Assembly (NCBI RefSeq): GCF_030144855.1
Contig: NC_082708.1
Span: 143,530,001-143,594,000 of the forward strand
Source: Hypanus sabinus
Taxonomy: Eukaryota
DNA length: 64,000 nucleotides
Direction of reading: 5' to 3'
Below the pieces are notes generated by a model. The model was given only the letters and a program-made list of their open reading frames with translations, was not told where the DNA came from and did no database searches. Each line of letters begins with the position of its first letter. The first letter of the stretch is position 1. Shown piece by piece: positions 37,545 through 50,485 of the stretch. Made by a program: the position numbers and the translations under genes.

Positions 37545-38040
37545 TGTATCAAAGGGCTCATTATCAATTAACTGAATTTCACGCTTGTCCTTATCAGTGT
37601 ACCCGCGGTCTTCATCTTCAGCAACAAAGATATCCAGGTACTTAGTCAGTAAAGCTCTTAGCTGAGCATGTTGTTCTTCACTACCCCCAATATCAAGCTT
37701 GTCTAGAATTGACTTAAACTCGTGTTTGCTACATTCCTCTTTTCCACCAGCTATCACCTGTTCAATGCCAGTTGAGATCCATTGAAATCATACAGCACAT
37801 TGCTCATTACTATCTACCTTTGACAGGATACCCAGCCAGATCTGTGGGAGCCATACATCTTTTGGAGAGAGGTTTAAAACCTGTACTGGTACTATACGAC
37901 TGCAAGAGTCAACGAGCGTGGGAATAACTACAAGACCTCCCGGTAGACGGGTGTTAAGTGGCTCAAGTAACATCTTATGGTCAGTACCAGCATCCTTCCT
38001 AGCCACAATGGTGACTACAGATTCAGCAGGTATGTGCTCA
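37545..38040 (-). mobile_element. Fragment of an unrelated Gypsy pol (PR-RT linker) lying inside the 5' LTR position
   Basis: LLEPLNTRLPGGLVVIPTLVD..VPVQVLNLS and QLRALLTKYLDIFVAEDEDRGYTD...IQLIDNEPF. Confidence 0.7.
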
Positions 38041-38288
38041 GTATAGCATTGTGTCAGAAGTCAACGTGAGGACTAAACACGGAGAGTACATGTACCGCAA
38101 GCGATTAAGAAAGACGCTGCCAGACAGAGAGCACATTGTGTCCTGAAGCTGCAGTTGTTCACTGAATTCAACAAGAGAGATTCAGGTGAGAGCCCGAAAA
38201 TTCAGGCAAGGTGAAGTCTTTCCACACCTATGCAGTTTACCTGCAATTTAACTGATAACTGGAAATACTTCAAAGAGCAAGTCAATAT

Positions 38289-38502
38289 TGTGGTGAACTA
38301 TGTGCCTGTCTGGACACGCCCCCTGCTGACTGCTCCTGTGGCTCCTCCCACAGGCCCCTGTATAAAGGCGATCTGAGGCCTGACGCTCGGCCTCAGTCTC
38401 CAGGTCATAGTATGATGGACACTCACTCCTGGTTCCTTCTTCCAGTCAATAAAAGCCGATATCTCGCCTTACGTCTCAGTGTGAGTTATTGATGGTGCAT
38501 CA
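38289..38502 (+). mobile_element. Solo LTR (214 bp) inserted in gag of the Mag-like element
   Basis: TG...CA ends, perfect 5-bp TSD AATAT, TATAAA at 38361, AATAAA at 38448. Confidence 0.9.
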
Positions 38503-39363
38503 AATATATACTGCATTTAGCAAGCATCAATCTTTCTACCTGAAACTGATGAAGGTGCTTTGAACATCTATAACAGCTTTCAAATTGGTGCGAGCCCAGA
38601 CATTGGCCACTCTGGTGACAAAATTTGAGTAGTATTTTGCCCCAAGTTAAAACATGGCATTTGAAAGACTGTGACCAGAAACAAGGTGTTAGCTTTGACC
38701 AATGCTTAGCTGAGGTTCACACACTGAGTAAGTCTCATGAGTGTGGAGATTTGAGAGACTCACCAGTTAAGACAAAATAGTTTGCGGAACTCCAAATAAT
38801 GGGCTCCGAGAAAGATTGCTCCGTGAAATAGATTTACGCTGGAAAAGGCTGTGCATATGTAATGGGTTGCAGAGACCATGTGATCACAAGAAAGGAGCTG
38901 CACAGGGCAGAAGCTACAGAGCAGGCTGTAAAAACAGATGGGCATAGCACAGGGCATGTCCCAAAGCAACAGCAAGACAAAGAGGTTGGCTCAAACAGTA
39001 AATGCAGAAAATGTGGAGGTAGGCACATCCCGAAGACCTATTCTACTGATGGAAAGTTCTGCAGTAAGTGTGAGAAGAGCAATCATTTCACAAAGTGCTG
39101 CAAAGCTGAGGCTACCAAGAGGAATGTGCACATGGTCGAAGTAAATGGAGGAAGTCTTTGTGGATTCTCTACAGACTGCTGGTGCTGGTGAAATAGAATG
39201 GATTGGTCCAGTGACTGTGAATGAGAGGGAAATTCTGTTCAAGCTTGACACCAGGTGAATCTGTGCATGATTACAAGACTCTCAAAGTAAATAGCAAGAT
39301 TTACTCAGTGAATTTTAAAGTGACAGAATGCACTGGAGAGGTTGTTCCAATAAAATAGAGCTT

Positions 39364-40120
39364 TACCATATAACTATATAACCATATAACAATTACAGCA
39401 CAGAAACAGGCCATCTCGGTCCTTCTAGTCTGTGCCAAACGCTTACTCTCAACTAATCCCACCTATCTGCACTCAACCCATAACCCTCCATTCCTTTCCT
39501 GTCCATATACCTATCCAATTTTTTTTAAATGACAGTATCAAACCTGCCTCTACCACTTCTACTGGAAGCTCGTTCCATACAGCTACCACTCTCTGAGTAA
39601 AGAAGTTCCCTCTCGTGTTTCCCCTAAACTTTTGCCACCTAACTCTCAACTCATGTCCTCTTGTTTGAATCTCCCCTACTCTCAATGGAAAAAGCCTATC
39701 CACGTCAACTCTATCTATACCCCTCATAATTTTAAATACCTCTATCAAGTCCCCCCTCAACCTTCTACACTCCAAAGAATAAAGACCTAACTTGTTCAAC
39801 CTTTCTCTGTAACTTAAGTACTGAAACCCAGGTAACATTCTAGTAAATCTCCTCTGTACTCTCTCTATTTTGTTGCCATTTTTTCTACAATTCAGTGACC
39901 AGAACCGTACACAATACTCCAAATTTGGCCTTACCAATGCCTTGTATAATTTTAACATTACATCCCAACTCCTACACTCAATGCTCTGATTTATAAAGGC
40001 CAGCATACCAAAAGCTTTCTTCACCACCCTATCCACATGAGATTCCACCTTCAGGGAACTATGCACCATTATTCCTAGATCACTCTGTTCTACTGCATTC
40101 TTCAATGCCCTACCATTTAC
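39364..40120 (-). mobile_element. Young 5'-truncated CR1 inserted in the protease region
   Basis: Open ORF2 C-terminus (DLGIMVHSSLK...LYKALVRPNLEYCVRFW...RGNFFTQRVVAVWNELP) and a (TTATATGG)n-like tail. Confidence 0.92.
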
Positions 40121-41959
40121 AGGGAACTTCAGGCACAAGGGATACCATCTAAAGGCACAGCTACTGATTGTAGAAAAGAGAGTGCAGCCAGTATTAGGTC
40201 TGAGTGCATGTGAAAAGCTCAACCTGCTGAAAAAGTTTTTGTAGTGGCTTCAAAGACCAAAGATGATCACTTAACACTCGTGGAAATGTATGCAGATGTC
40301 TTTGAGGAGTTTACCTGGTGTACACAGCATTCACGTAGATGAGACAGTAGCTCCTATTATTAATGCATGCAGGAAGGTTCTGTTTGCACTTAGAGGCAAA
40401 GTCAAACAAAAGCTAGCAAGTGTGGAATGGATTAAATGTCATACAGAAAATTGAAAAAACCAACTGATTAGGTGAGCTCACTGGTCATGTGCAAAAGACA
40501 AATGGAGCATTGCATGTATGTCTAGACCCAAGAAATCTCAATAAATCATCAAGAGAGAGCATTTAATGTTGCCAACATGAGAGGAGATCATGTCCTGGTT
40601 TGCAGGTGTCAAGTGGTTTAGCAAACTCAACATGTCATCTTAGTTTTGGCAAATCAAGCTTGAAGAGTCAAGTTCGAGACTGTACTTTGAACACACCACA
40701 GGGAAGGTATCACTTTCTTCGGTTACCATATGGGATTCTGTCCGCACTAGAAGTCTACCATAAAACCACCCATATGATCTTTGAGGGCATACCTGTTGTT
40801 GAGACCATGATGGATGACATTCTCATCTGGGGATCCACTATGGAAGAACATGATGCACGACTGAAACAGGTGCTTGACGTGACACGGAATGTCAATTTGC
40901 AATTAAGTAAAGAGAACTGTGAGTTTGGTGTCAATACACTGACATGCATGGCGAATGTCATATCAGAAGGATTGAAGCCTGACCCAAGAAAGACTTCAGC
41001 CATTGAAAACATGGAGAGGCCCCAAATCAAAGAGACATTTCCTGAGGATGGTGACTTACCCAGCTAAGTTCAAGCCACGACTGTCTGCTGTATCAGCTCC
41101 AGCTAGGTCACTCCTTGAGCAGCAAAAAAAAGTGGATTTGGTCTCATGAGCAAGAAGAGTGTTTCCAGATATTGAAAAAATCCTAACTGAAGGGCACATG
41201 CTGAAGTTTTATGATCCGAAAAGATATACTAGGATCTCGACTGATGCATCCCAGTATGACTGCAGCAACATGATGACACGTGGCAATTTGTGGCCTATGC
41301 TTCAAGGGTCTCAACCCGTATGGAAGCCAACTATGCACAGATAGATAAAGAGCTTCTTGCCAGCACATGTGCATGTGAAAGGTTCTATGGACAAGTTGTT
41401 GAAGTGGAGACAGACCATAAACCATTGGTCTGAATTATGTCCAAACCACTGAATGGTTGTCCCATGAGGATACAGCACATGTTGATAAGACTGCAGAAAG
41501 ATGACATAAGATGATTTACACGCCAGGAAAATAGATGTTTGCTGCTGATGCATTGTCTCGAGCAGTCAACAGGAAAAGAGTGACCAAGAGATTAATGCAA
41601 ATTTGCAAGCCTACGTGGACATGATTGTCACCTCCATTCCGATATCACCCAATAGGACAGAGAAGATTAGGACAGCAGCAGGGACAAATGAAACAATGAA
41701 AGTACTCAAGGAGACAACACAGATGGGATGCCCAGCAATTAGGAATGACTCTCCAATGTGTATTCAGGATTATTGAGGCTTGCAGAGTTGAACTGATAGT
41801 AGCTGAAAATATGGTCTTCAAAGAGAACAGATTTGTGATTCCAGTGTCACTATTTAAGGAAGTGTGCCAGAAGATACATAAACAGCATTTTGGTTAGGAA
41901 TATGTAAATGAAGAACTGATAAATTGATCTACTGGCCAGGAATGAACCAAGGTATCAAT

Positions 41960-42294
41960 TAGAATCAGAATCAGAATCAGAATCAGGTTTATTATCACTG
42001 GCAGGTGTCGTGAAATTTGTTAACTTAGCAGCAGCAGTTCAATGCAATACATCATATAGAAGAAGAAGAAGAGAAACAAATAAATAAATAAATTATAGTA
42101 TACGTATATTGAATAGATTAAAAATTGTGTAAAAACAGAAATAATATATATTATAAAATGAGGTAAAGTTCATGGGTTCAATGTCCATTTAGGAATCGGA
42201 TGGCAGAAGAGAAGAAGCTGTTCCTGAATCGCTGAGCGAGTGCCTTCTGGCTTTTGTACCTCCTACCTGATGGTTACAGTGAGAAAAGGGCATG
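41960..42294 (-). mobile_element. Rex1-type 3' end with (GATTCT)n tail inserted in the integrase zinc finger
   Basis: (AGAATC)4 at 41961-41984; it separates host WPGMNQGIN from ICLTYKPKQ. Confidence 0.85.
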
Positions 42295-43383
42295 ACAAAC
42301 CACTGCTTCGGGTGAAATATGCCTTACCTACAAACCAAAGCAACAAGCAGAACCGATTACTCCACTAGACAGGCCATACTTCAAAGTTGTAATGAGAAGA
42401 GTCACATTGTTGTAACGGACTACTTTTCCAATTACCCAGAGGTTGCAATACTGCAATCAACATCCGCCAAAGAGGTCATCACCCTCCTGAAATCTGTGTT
42501 TGTGAGGCATGGAGCTTCTTGTGAAGTGATATCAGGTAATTGTCCACAATTTTTAAGCTGTAAGTTTGAGACTTTTGCCAATGAATGGGGGTTTCAATAT
42601 ATAACTTCAGGCCCACTTCACCCAAAATCTAATGACTTAGCAGAGAGTTCAGTCAAGGGCCTCATGAAAAAAGCACAAGATGGACGAGAGGTCTTCCACA
42701 AAAGTCTGATAATTTACAGAAGTGAACCACTGCAGAATGGCCCTTCATTAGCACAAATGTTGATGAGTTGATGCATATGCACTAACCTTCCAGTGCACAA
42801 AAACCTGTTGACACCTAAAGGAGCACACAAGGTCAAATGGCCTAAAGGGAAAGGGAAAGAAAAAGAAACAGTATCACAACAAGACTACGAAAAGCCCACA
42901 AGTCCCGAAACCAGGAGATCATGTGCGAATCCGAAATCATGATTCTGGTACTTGTTCCATACAAGGATATGTCAAAGACGAAGTGCTCCACATTGCTACC
43001 TGATCCAGATGGAGCAAGCAACACCTCTGAGAAGGAATTGTGTGGACCTACAAGCACAAGCTCTAACCCATAGCTGTGACACATCACCTGTCATTATACC
43101 AAAGGGGCCAGCAGATGTGAAAAATAAACTTGATGATCAGAGCTCTCAGAGACTCTAATAGTAACACAGCAAGTGAAAACAATGCATCTGTGGAAACAAA
43201 TAGCAGACTAAAAAGGATAATCAAATCACTTCAGAGACTGATTGAAATTTGATGAGTGAATAGAGACTGTGTTTGCTCATTACAACTGAAGTTAATGTAA
43301 ATATCTTTGTTGGAAAACATTATTGTTTCTTGCAGGTCTATGAGGACAGAGAATTGTGTTTGTTTTTTCTTTAAAAGGGAAGA

Positions 43384-43570
43384 TGTGCTATTATGTGTGT
43401 ACATGATTAAGAACTTCAGTTCCCTGTAGGACATGCAGGTTGTTCACCAGGAAACGAAAGTGATGTTGATGAGCGGGTTGCATGTGCTCAGGCTATGACT
43501 ATTCTGTAAATAAATGTGTTTTTTTTTACCTATGCTAAATTTGTTTTTTTTTGCTCGAACAAACATAACA
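43384..43570 (+). repeat. 3' LTR of the Mag-like element
   Basis: TG...CA directly after the PPT, contains AATAAA, followed by the TSD. Confidence 0.8.
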
Positions 43571-45859
43571 CTGTAGGATGTAATTGAATGTACCATGGCA
43601 ATCATCTTTCCTTCACTGCTTTGGAATTTAAACCAGTTTTATCACTGAGTTCGCACCATAACACCATGTCATACCAACTCCTGGAAGGGTGATTGCAAAG
43701 TGTCAATGCAATTCATGAAAATTCACAGTCAAGTAATAAATTCTGACATGTCCTCAAATATGTATTATGTAACCCCTAGTAATATACTTCAGGCCTTTTA
43801 TTATTGGTGGTGCGCAGGCATGAGCTTTTTTCAAAATGGCTCAGTAATGAAGTTTCCAATTCCAATTACTTGGATGGTGCCAGGACCCAGAACCTCCACC
43901 GATAGGATTCTTTCCCTCAGTGACCCTTGACAAGTCCAACTACCGCTGTTCACTAATGGCAAATGAACCTTCTCAAACTCACCTTTTGAAGCTACTTGAG
44001 CCATCTATATGTTCAGCTCCTCTTTAAATGACTGCAAGATACAAGATTCTACGTCAGTCTAACATCATGGCTGTATTTGATACAATCTCAATCTTACTCT
44101 GGCTGTGTGCTAGCGGTGTGCCCATGGGAGTGGTATCTTTATAAAAGGAGGACAGACCCACACCAAATTCCAATGCTGGGTACTGTTATCAACAGCATCT
44201 TCCCCATCTTACATTGAATGCTCCTGCATTTCCCATGGTTTCATGAACCTTTGGTTTACAGTGGGAGGCTTGTAGTTTTAAGAGGTAAAGCCTTAGCTTC
44301 CAAGAGTAGAAGTGAATAACTAAAATTTTAAATGAGTAATCTACTAACTGAGGGGCCCAAGTGAATACGGAGGTAGCAAGCTTAATTGAAATGTTGCATT
44401 GGAATCAGCAGGGCTTAACGTTACATTATGTTTGCAATTTTTAAGATCTAGAATTTAGAAATTTCTGATGGAGTTTTTGTTTAAAAAATATGATTAAATT
44501 GCACCTTATTTTACTGGTATCAAAAACATTTAACCCCTCCCCCATGTAAATCTCAGTGGCAATGATCTGCATTGGTTTACTCAGTTCATTGTATTTTGCT
44601 CCAGGTGAAGAAGACATGTACTGTAATCTTACTTTTAAGTACTCCTCATACAGTTGCACAGTCCTTGTATGGTTCACTACCTGAATCACTCTCATCACAA
44701 AACCCATAACATTTCTTGGCAAGAAAAGTCATATTATATTCTCTTCCATGGCCAATAAATCTGAATTATCCATAAAAAACATAAATCTCTTTATTGCAAT
44801 TACATTATAAATTTGGCAAAAGAAACATTCTGCATCAACCCCTCTTTTATTACTCTTATTGAGGTAGGGTAATTTTTAATGAAGACGTTGACTGCTTCCA
44901 ATTGAAATCTCCATTTTTAACTCAGCTGTTCTCTTTTTGCAGAATCTCCAGCTAACTGCTTTTTCAGCAAGTTTATCCAGCTTTCAATTACGTTGGAATC
45001 TAATGCTAAATATTATTGATTTCCTAATTTATCTCAATCCAGAGCTTACTTTATTTAAGTTGTATGTTTGTGTCCAAATTGAAATAAGGATGCATAATTT
45101 ATAAACCAGAGTTCCTTTTCAATCCTGCTGAACATCTGGCTTTCATTTCTGTTATCCCATATATGTTATCAATTTTATCAGCCAAAATTGCTCATAAAGC
45201 ACATGATACCAGATTTGCTTAGAATGGGTTTGATACCCTAGGAGATCTTATGTAATGCCAACAGCAATTCAAATGACATAATTTGGTTGTTATGCTATGC
45301 TGCAATGAATCACATTATGTTACACTAGTGAACATACTATAATAACAGATCAAATCGCATGACTATGTTCTGAGTAATATTATATCTTTAGATGGTCTCT
45401 TTCAAAATTTAATTTGTTTGTTTTGCTCTTTTTTTAAACATGTGTATCGAACATTCATTGATATTCTTTGAAATATAACATGTGGTTTTATTTTAAGTCT
45501 CTGATCTGTTTGAATTAGTAGACTGATGACAGTATTATATAATAGAAAATGCAAATTCAATAACATGGGAAGATACTTAAAAAAACAGTAAATGTGATTC
45601 AAATTCTTAACCAGAAAGTTGTCTTTCATTAGATACTAATCCATACAACCTTGTTTTTAAATTCCTTCATGGTTTCACCCCTCCATAGTTCTATCATCTC
45701 CTCCAGTCCTGTATCCTATCTGAAAAATCTACAGTTCTTGAACTCTACCCTTTTGAAACTCGCTATTTAATTGCTCCATCATTACCAGGCACTTCTTTAA
45801 GTTTTGGGGCCCTTGGTTGCAATATCTCCGATGTAATTTGATATTAGTCTTTAAAATAT

Positions 45860-45958
45860 CAACAGAAAGTGCTAGCAATACTCAACAGGTCAAACTGTAT
45901 CTGTGGGAAAAGAAACAGAGCTGATGTTTCATATCAAAGATCCTTCGTCAGAACTGGC
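45860..45958 (-). mobile_element. Penelope-like repeat fragment with hammerhead core
   Basis: Minus strand CTGACGA-AGGATCTTTGATAT-GAAA-CATC. Confidence 0.5.
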
Positions 45959-46279
45959 AATCGACATTAGTTTCACTTCTCTGCACCAACAAGGGACATT
46001 TTGCAACATTAAAAGTAGGTACATAAGGTAAAGTTAATGGCATTGATCTGGAGAAAAGGGATGCTAATGTGAGAATGCTGTTCTTGGACAATTAAACCTC
46101 TCGTTTAATTTCTTATCTTAGTTCTACAGTTGCTGGCTCAGTTTCTTCCTCTTCTTGTTTTTCTTCCACCTTGACATCAGAAATTGGAGCTTCAGGAGCA
46201 GTTTGTTGAGAAGTTGTGTATGTAATACTGACTGATGCTGGGGTTAATGCTCAGCCATTTTCACTCGCTACAGACTGTG

Positions 46280-47240
46280 AAAGAGGAGTACTGGGATGCT
46301 GAGGCTGTATATTGGTTCGGTATTCAACACCATAATTGCCTCCAAGTTTGACAAGAAGCTCCGAGACCTCAGCCTTCAACCTGCCTTGTGTAGCTGGATC
46401 CTGGACTTCCTGTCAGATGGCCAGAAGGTGGCAAGAGTTGGCTCCCTCACCTCTGCCCCTCTGACCATCAACACAGGTGCCTCTCAAAGCCGTGTCCTAA
46501 GCCCACTCCTTTACTCTCTGTATAAGAAATGACTATGTTACCACCCTCAGCTCCAATCTGCTAATTAAATTTGCTAACAATAATACATTGATTGGCCTTA
46601 TCTCAAATAATAATGAGGCAGCCTACAGAGATAAAGTCATCACCCTGACACAATGGTGTCAACAGAACAACCTCTCCCTCACTGTCACAAAACAAAGGAG
46701 CAGGTTGTGGACTACAGGAGGAATGGAGACAGGGTAACCCCTATTGACGTCAGTGGATCTTGGGTTGAGAGGATACAATTGTGAGCATTCTGACTGACTG
46801 TATCACTGCCTGGAATGGGAACTGCACTTTCTTCAATTGCAGAACTCTGCAGAGAATGGTGCTGACATCCCAGCACGTCAGTAGATGTGATCTTCCCACA
46901 ATTCTATACATTTACAGAGACAGGTGCATAAAAAGGGCCTGAAGGATCATTGGGGACCTGAGTCACCCCAACCACAAACCGTTCCAGTTGCTATTATCCG
47001 GGACGCGGTGCCATAGCATAAAAGCCAGGACCAATAGGCTCCAGGACAGCTTCTTCCACCAGACTATCAGACCGATTAATTCATGCTGATACAATGGTAT
47101 TTATATGCTATGTTGACTGTCCAGTTGTACATACTATTTATTACAAATTACTATAAATTGCACATAGATCATTTAAATGGAGAGGTAACGTAAAGATTTT
47201 TACTCATTGTGTGAAGGATGCAAGAAGTAATGTAAATTCA
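46280..47240 (+). mobile_element. Rex1/Babar LINE, internally deleted
   Basis: [35 protein letters not shown]; 3' end RLQDSFFHQTIR. Confidence 0.85.
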
Positions 47241-47506
47241 ATTATTGTTTTCCCTGTGAGCTTCAAGAATACATTTCATTATTGGTTTTGTATTTTTGAT
47301 TTTCAGCTTCCCCTTTGTGTTTCTGTCTTTTTCCCTTTCCTATTTCTTTTGCTGTCATCCTCGCTGTTGGTTTGCAAAGAGCTTGCATAAACCTTCTGGT
47401 CTGCACAACACCCAGCTTCTATGTGCATCACCCCTCTTACTTCACTATAACAACTGCACCTTTTATTTTCATTCAAACATTGCCCCTTCCCAAGATTGCT
47501 CTAAAG

Positions 47507-48457
47507 CAGGAATGGCCAACCTGTGGTGCATTGGATGATTAGAAGTGGCGCATTGCACCCCAGCGATAATGATAAAAAAGTAAGCCTACTCGTGCAAAAA
47601 GTATTAACCAAAAACCGATTTGTAGAAAAAAAATCTATTACAGGAATTCCAGTAGCTTAGAGCTAGAAATGGGTTTTACTGAGAATAAATCTAAAACTTA
47701 GCAATTATTTTTAGTGATTTTATTACTTTGTGCACATCTTTTATCTTCTTACACATTAATCTGTTTTCAGTAAAAAAAATGTTCAATGAGTCAAAGTAGG
47801 AAAGAAGGATTTTTGTTCTGCATTCGTTCCAGGCGTTTGCACCAGCAGGTCTTTGCCAGTCAGTTTACAACTGACACTCGTGCGCTACGGAGTTCTGCTT
47901 TGTTCGTCCTTTGTGAACATTTGCAGTTTTGTACTTTTTCAAAAATTAAGCCTTGTTTTTACATTCAGTTACCCATCAGAGTGAAAAAGAAAATGAGCAA
48001 AAGAAATGCAGAAAGTGATAGTGAGCATGAATTCAATGAACAGTGGGAAAATGAGTTCTTATTTATAATGGGTCTGTCAGGAAAACAGTTGTGCATTGTT
48101 TGTGAAAACACTTTCTGACATAATAGAAGACATGATCTAAATAGACACTTTAAAACACATCAGACTGAAAAAGAAGGAAAACTGAAGCTAGTGCTTGGGC
48201 CTGAGTTATGGAAAGTATATGTGATTAAGAAAAAGGAAGAGATCAAAAGAAGACAAAATATATTTGTTAGAAGTCTCATTAAGGTAAGTAACGTTTATCT
48301 TGTTTTTATATTAAATCAATATATCATGTAAAAATGCTGAATATGTCTATATTAACATATTTTTACAAGAATTGAATGGGGGTACAAGAGTTGTATGGCG
48401 TATCTGAACTCGTGTGAAAAAATCGACGCATGGAATGTGAAAGGTTGGCCACCCCTA
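47507..48457 (+). mobile_element. Non-autonomous hAT (Buster/Charlie/SPIN-like) DNA transposon
   Basis: TIRs CAGGAATGGCCAACCT and AGGTTGGCCACCCCTA; 8-bp TSD CTCTAAAG/CTTTAAAG; retains the transposase N-terminus. Confidence 0.9.
47993..48283 (+). pseudogene. hAT transposase N-terminal zinc-finger remnant
   Basis: MSKR...FNEQWENEFLF...LCIVCENTF*HNRRHDLNRHFKTH...RQNIF, with one in-frame stop at 48116-48118. Confidence 0.8.
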
Positions 48458-49479
48458 CTTTAAAGGTTGCTTCTAAGTGTCTTCTGAGGGTTGCAACACC
48501 CAATAGTAAGGGTATCTATCCCTCAGCTTCAATAACATTCATTCCTCCCGTTCCATTTGACCTATTTCCCTTGACAGTTTTGCCGGCTCTCAAAATTTCA
48601 CTTTAAAAAAACCAAAGGAGCTCTTTCTCTGCCTTTTCTCCACATCTTTGACTTTGACAATGGGCTTTCTTTTTTTGTATTCTGATATTAGAAGCCAAAG
48701 CTCTGCATCTTTGAGTTTATAATTAGCCCTGAGTTTTCACAACTTTTCTACTTTCACTCTCAATCTTTGGAACTCTCTTCTTTAGAGAGGGCATGGTAAG
48801 AATACTCTTAATTGAACTGTGTGACTCAAGGCAGTTATTCAGGGAATTTGAGAGCTAAAGTATTCCCATAAGCTGTGTTTGGTCAGGCATAGCCCTGCAG
48901 GTCATTGCTCATTGAGGTACTTTAGATGCTTTTGGCTGAGGTGAATCAATAGGTTTAATAAAGTCTTAAATGCTGCTTCATTTTCCTTTTCTTACTTTAT
49001 AATTTCTACCAGTTCTATTCAGCATGTCTTAAAATCAACTGAAGGACATTAATGTCATTTAATGTGTGGTGTGTATCAGGTTATATACTTTGTAATGATG
49101 CATCCACCATTGTCAGTATCAGTATCATATCACCTTATATTTCTGTTAAGTAATTCAATAACAAAATACTTTAGGACATCCTGTCATTATTTAAGATGCT
49201 ACTTGATCCTTACTTAAAGAATCTCCTCCTATTTGTCTTTGTTAAAGGAGGCATGTACCAGCAGCAACTGGGAAAGAAACATTTCTTTCATTGCCTCATC
49301 ATGTCTGCCTTCATGTACCTCAACTTTACATCCCATTCTTTTCTAAGTTTTGGCTTGAAATCTGCCTTCACCTCCTTCACCCATAGAACTCTTCATCCAC
49401 CTTCAAATGATCTTGTAGGTTAATCTGCTGTAGTACCAGTTCTGCAATAACACAAACAGAACTCCTGAGGCAAAGAAGA

Positions 49480-50485
49480 AAAAAAATCGGCGGGTGCTGG
49501 AAATCTGAGCAACGCACACAAAGTTCAGGAGTATGGCATGAACATCAATTTCTTAAATTTCTGGTAATGCCTCCCCCACCTCCCACCTGCACCATTTCCC
49601 ATACCCCCTTCCCTCTCTCACATCTCTTTGCCTGCCCATCACCTCCCTCTGGTGCTCCTCCTTCCTTTTCTTTCTTCTATGGCTTTCTGCCAGAATCAGA
49701 ATCAGGTTTATTAACACCAGCATGTGTCGTGGAATTTGTCAACTTAGCAGCAGTTCAATGCAATACATAATGTAGAAGAAAATAATAATATTAATAATAA
49801 GTAATCAATTATAGTATATGTATATTGAATAGATTAAAAATCATGCAAAAAAACAAATAATACATATTAAAAAAGTGAGGTAGTGTTCACAGGTTCAATG
49901 TCCATTTAGGAATTGGATGGCAGAGGGGAAGAAGCTGTTCCTGAATTGCTGAGTGTTTGCCTTCAGGCTTCTGTACATCCTACCTGATGGTAACAGTGAG
50001 AAAATGGCATGCCTTAGGTGCTGGGGGTCCTTAATAATGGATGCTGCCTTTCTGAGACACCGATCTTTGAAGATGTCCTAGGTAGTTTGTAGGCTCATAC
50101 TCAAGATGGAGCCGACTAAATTTATAACCCTCTGCTGCTTCTTTTAGCCCCTCCCCCTGCCCCATACCGGTGATGCAGCCTGTCGGAATGCTCTTCATGG
50201 TACATCTATAGAAGTTTTTGAGTGTATTTGTTGACATGCCAAATCTCTTCAAACTCCTGTCTCTCTTTCACCAATCAACTTGCCAGCTCTTTACTTCATT
50301 CCTTCCCTTCCAGGTTTCACCTATCACCTTGTGTTTCTCTCTCTCCTCCCCCGCCTTTTATTCTACTCAGCCTTTTATCTCCAGTCCTACCAAAGGGTTT
50401 CGGCTCTACCATTGACTGTACTCCCTTCCATAGATGCTGCCTTGGCTGCTGAGTTCCTCCAGCGTCTTGTGGGTGTTGCACAGAA
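49480..50485. mobile_element. Penelope-derived repeat interrupted by a minus-strand Rex1 3' fragment (49692-50258)
   Basis: Pyrimidine-rich pLTR-like sequence on both sides; AGAATC tail at 49692; KRFGMSTNTLKNFYRCTMKSI. Confidence 0.7.

Larger units (their letters stand above)
37427..43570 (+). mobile_element. Degraded Mag-like Gypsy LTR retrotransposon with nested insertions
   Basis: 5-bp TSD CTGTA (37422-37426/43571-43575); tRNA-Leu-type PBS remnant gtgtcagaagt (38051-38061); gag CCHC remnants, FKLDT, MMDD, ETDHKPL and integrase remnants; PPT aaaagggaaga; 3' LTR at 43384-43570. Confidence 0.85.

Noticed and set aside
40121-40222. N-terminus of the 249-aa ORF 39473-40222
   Set aside because: Chimeric artefact: the antisense Gypsy protease region happens to be in frame with the truncated CR1.
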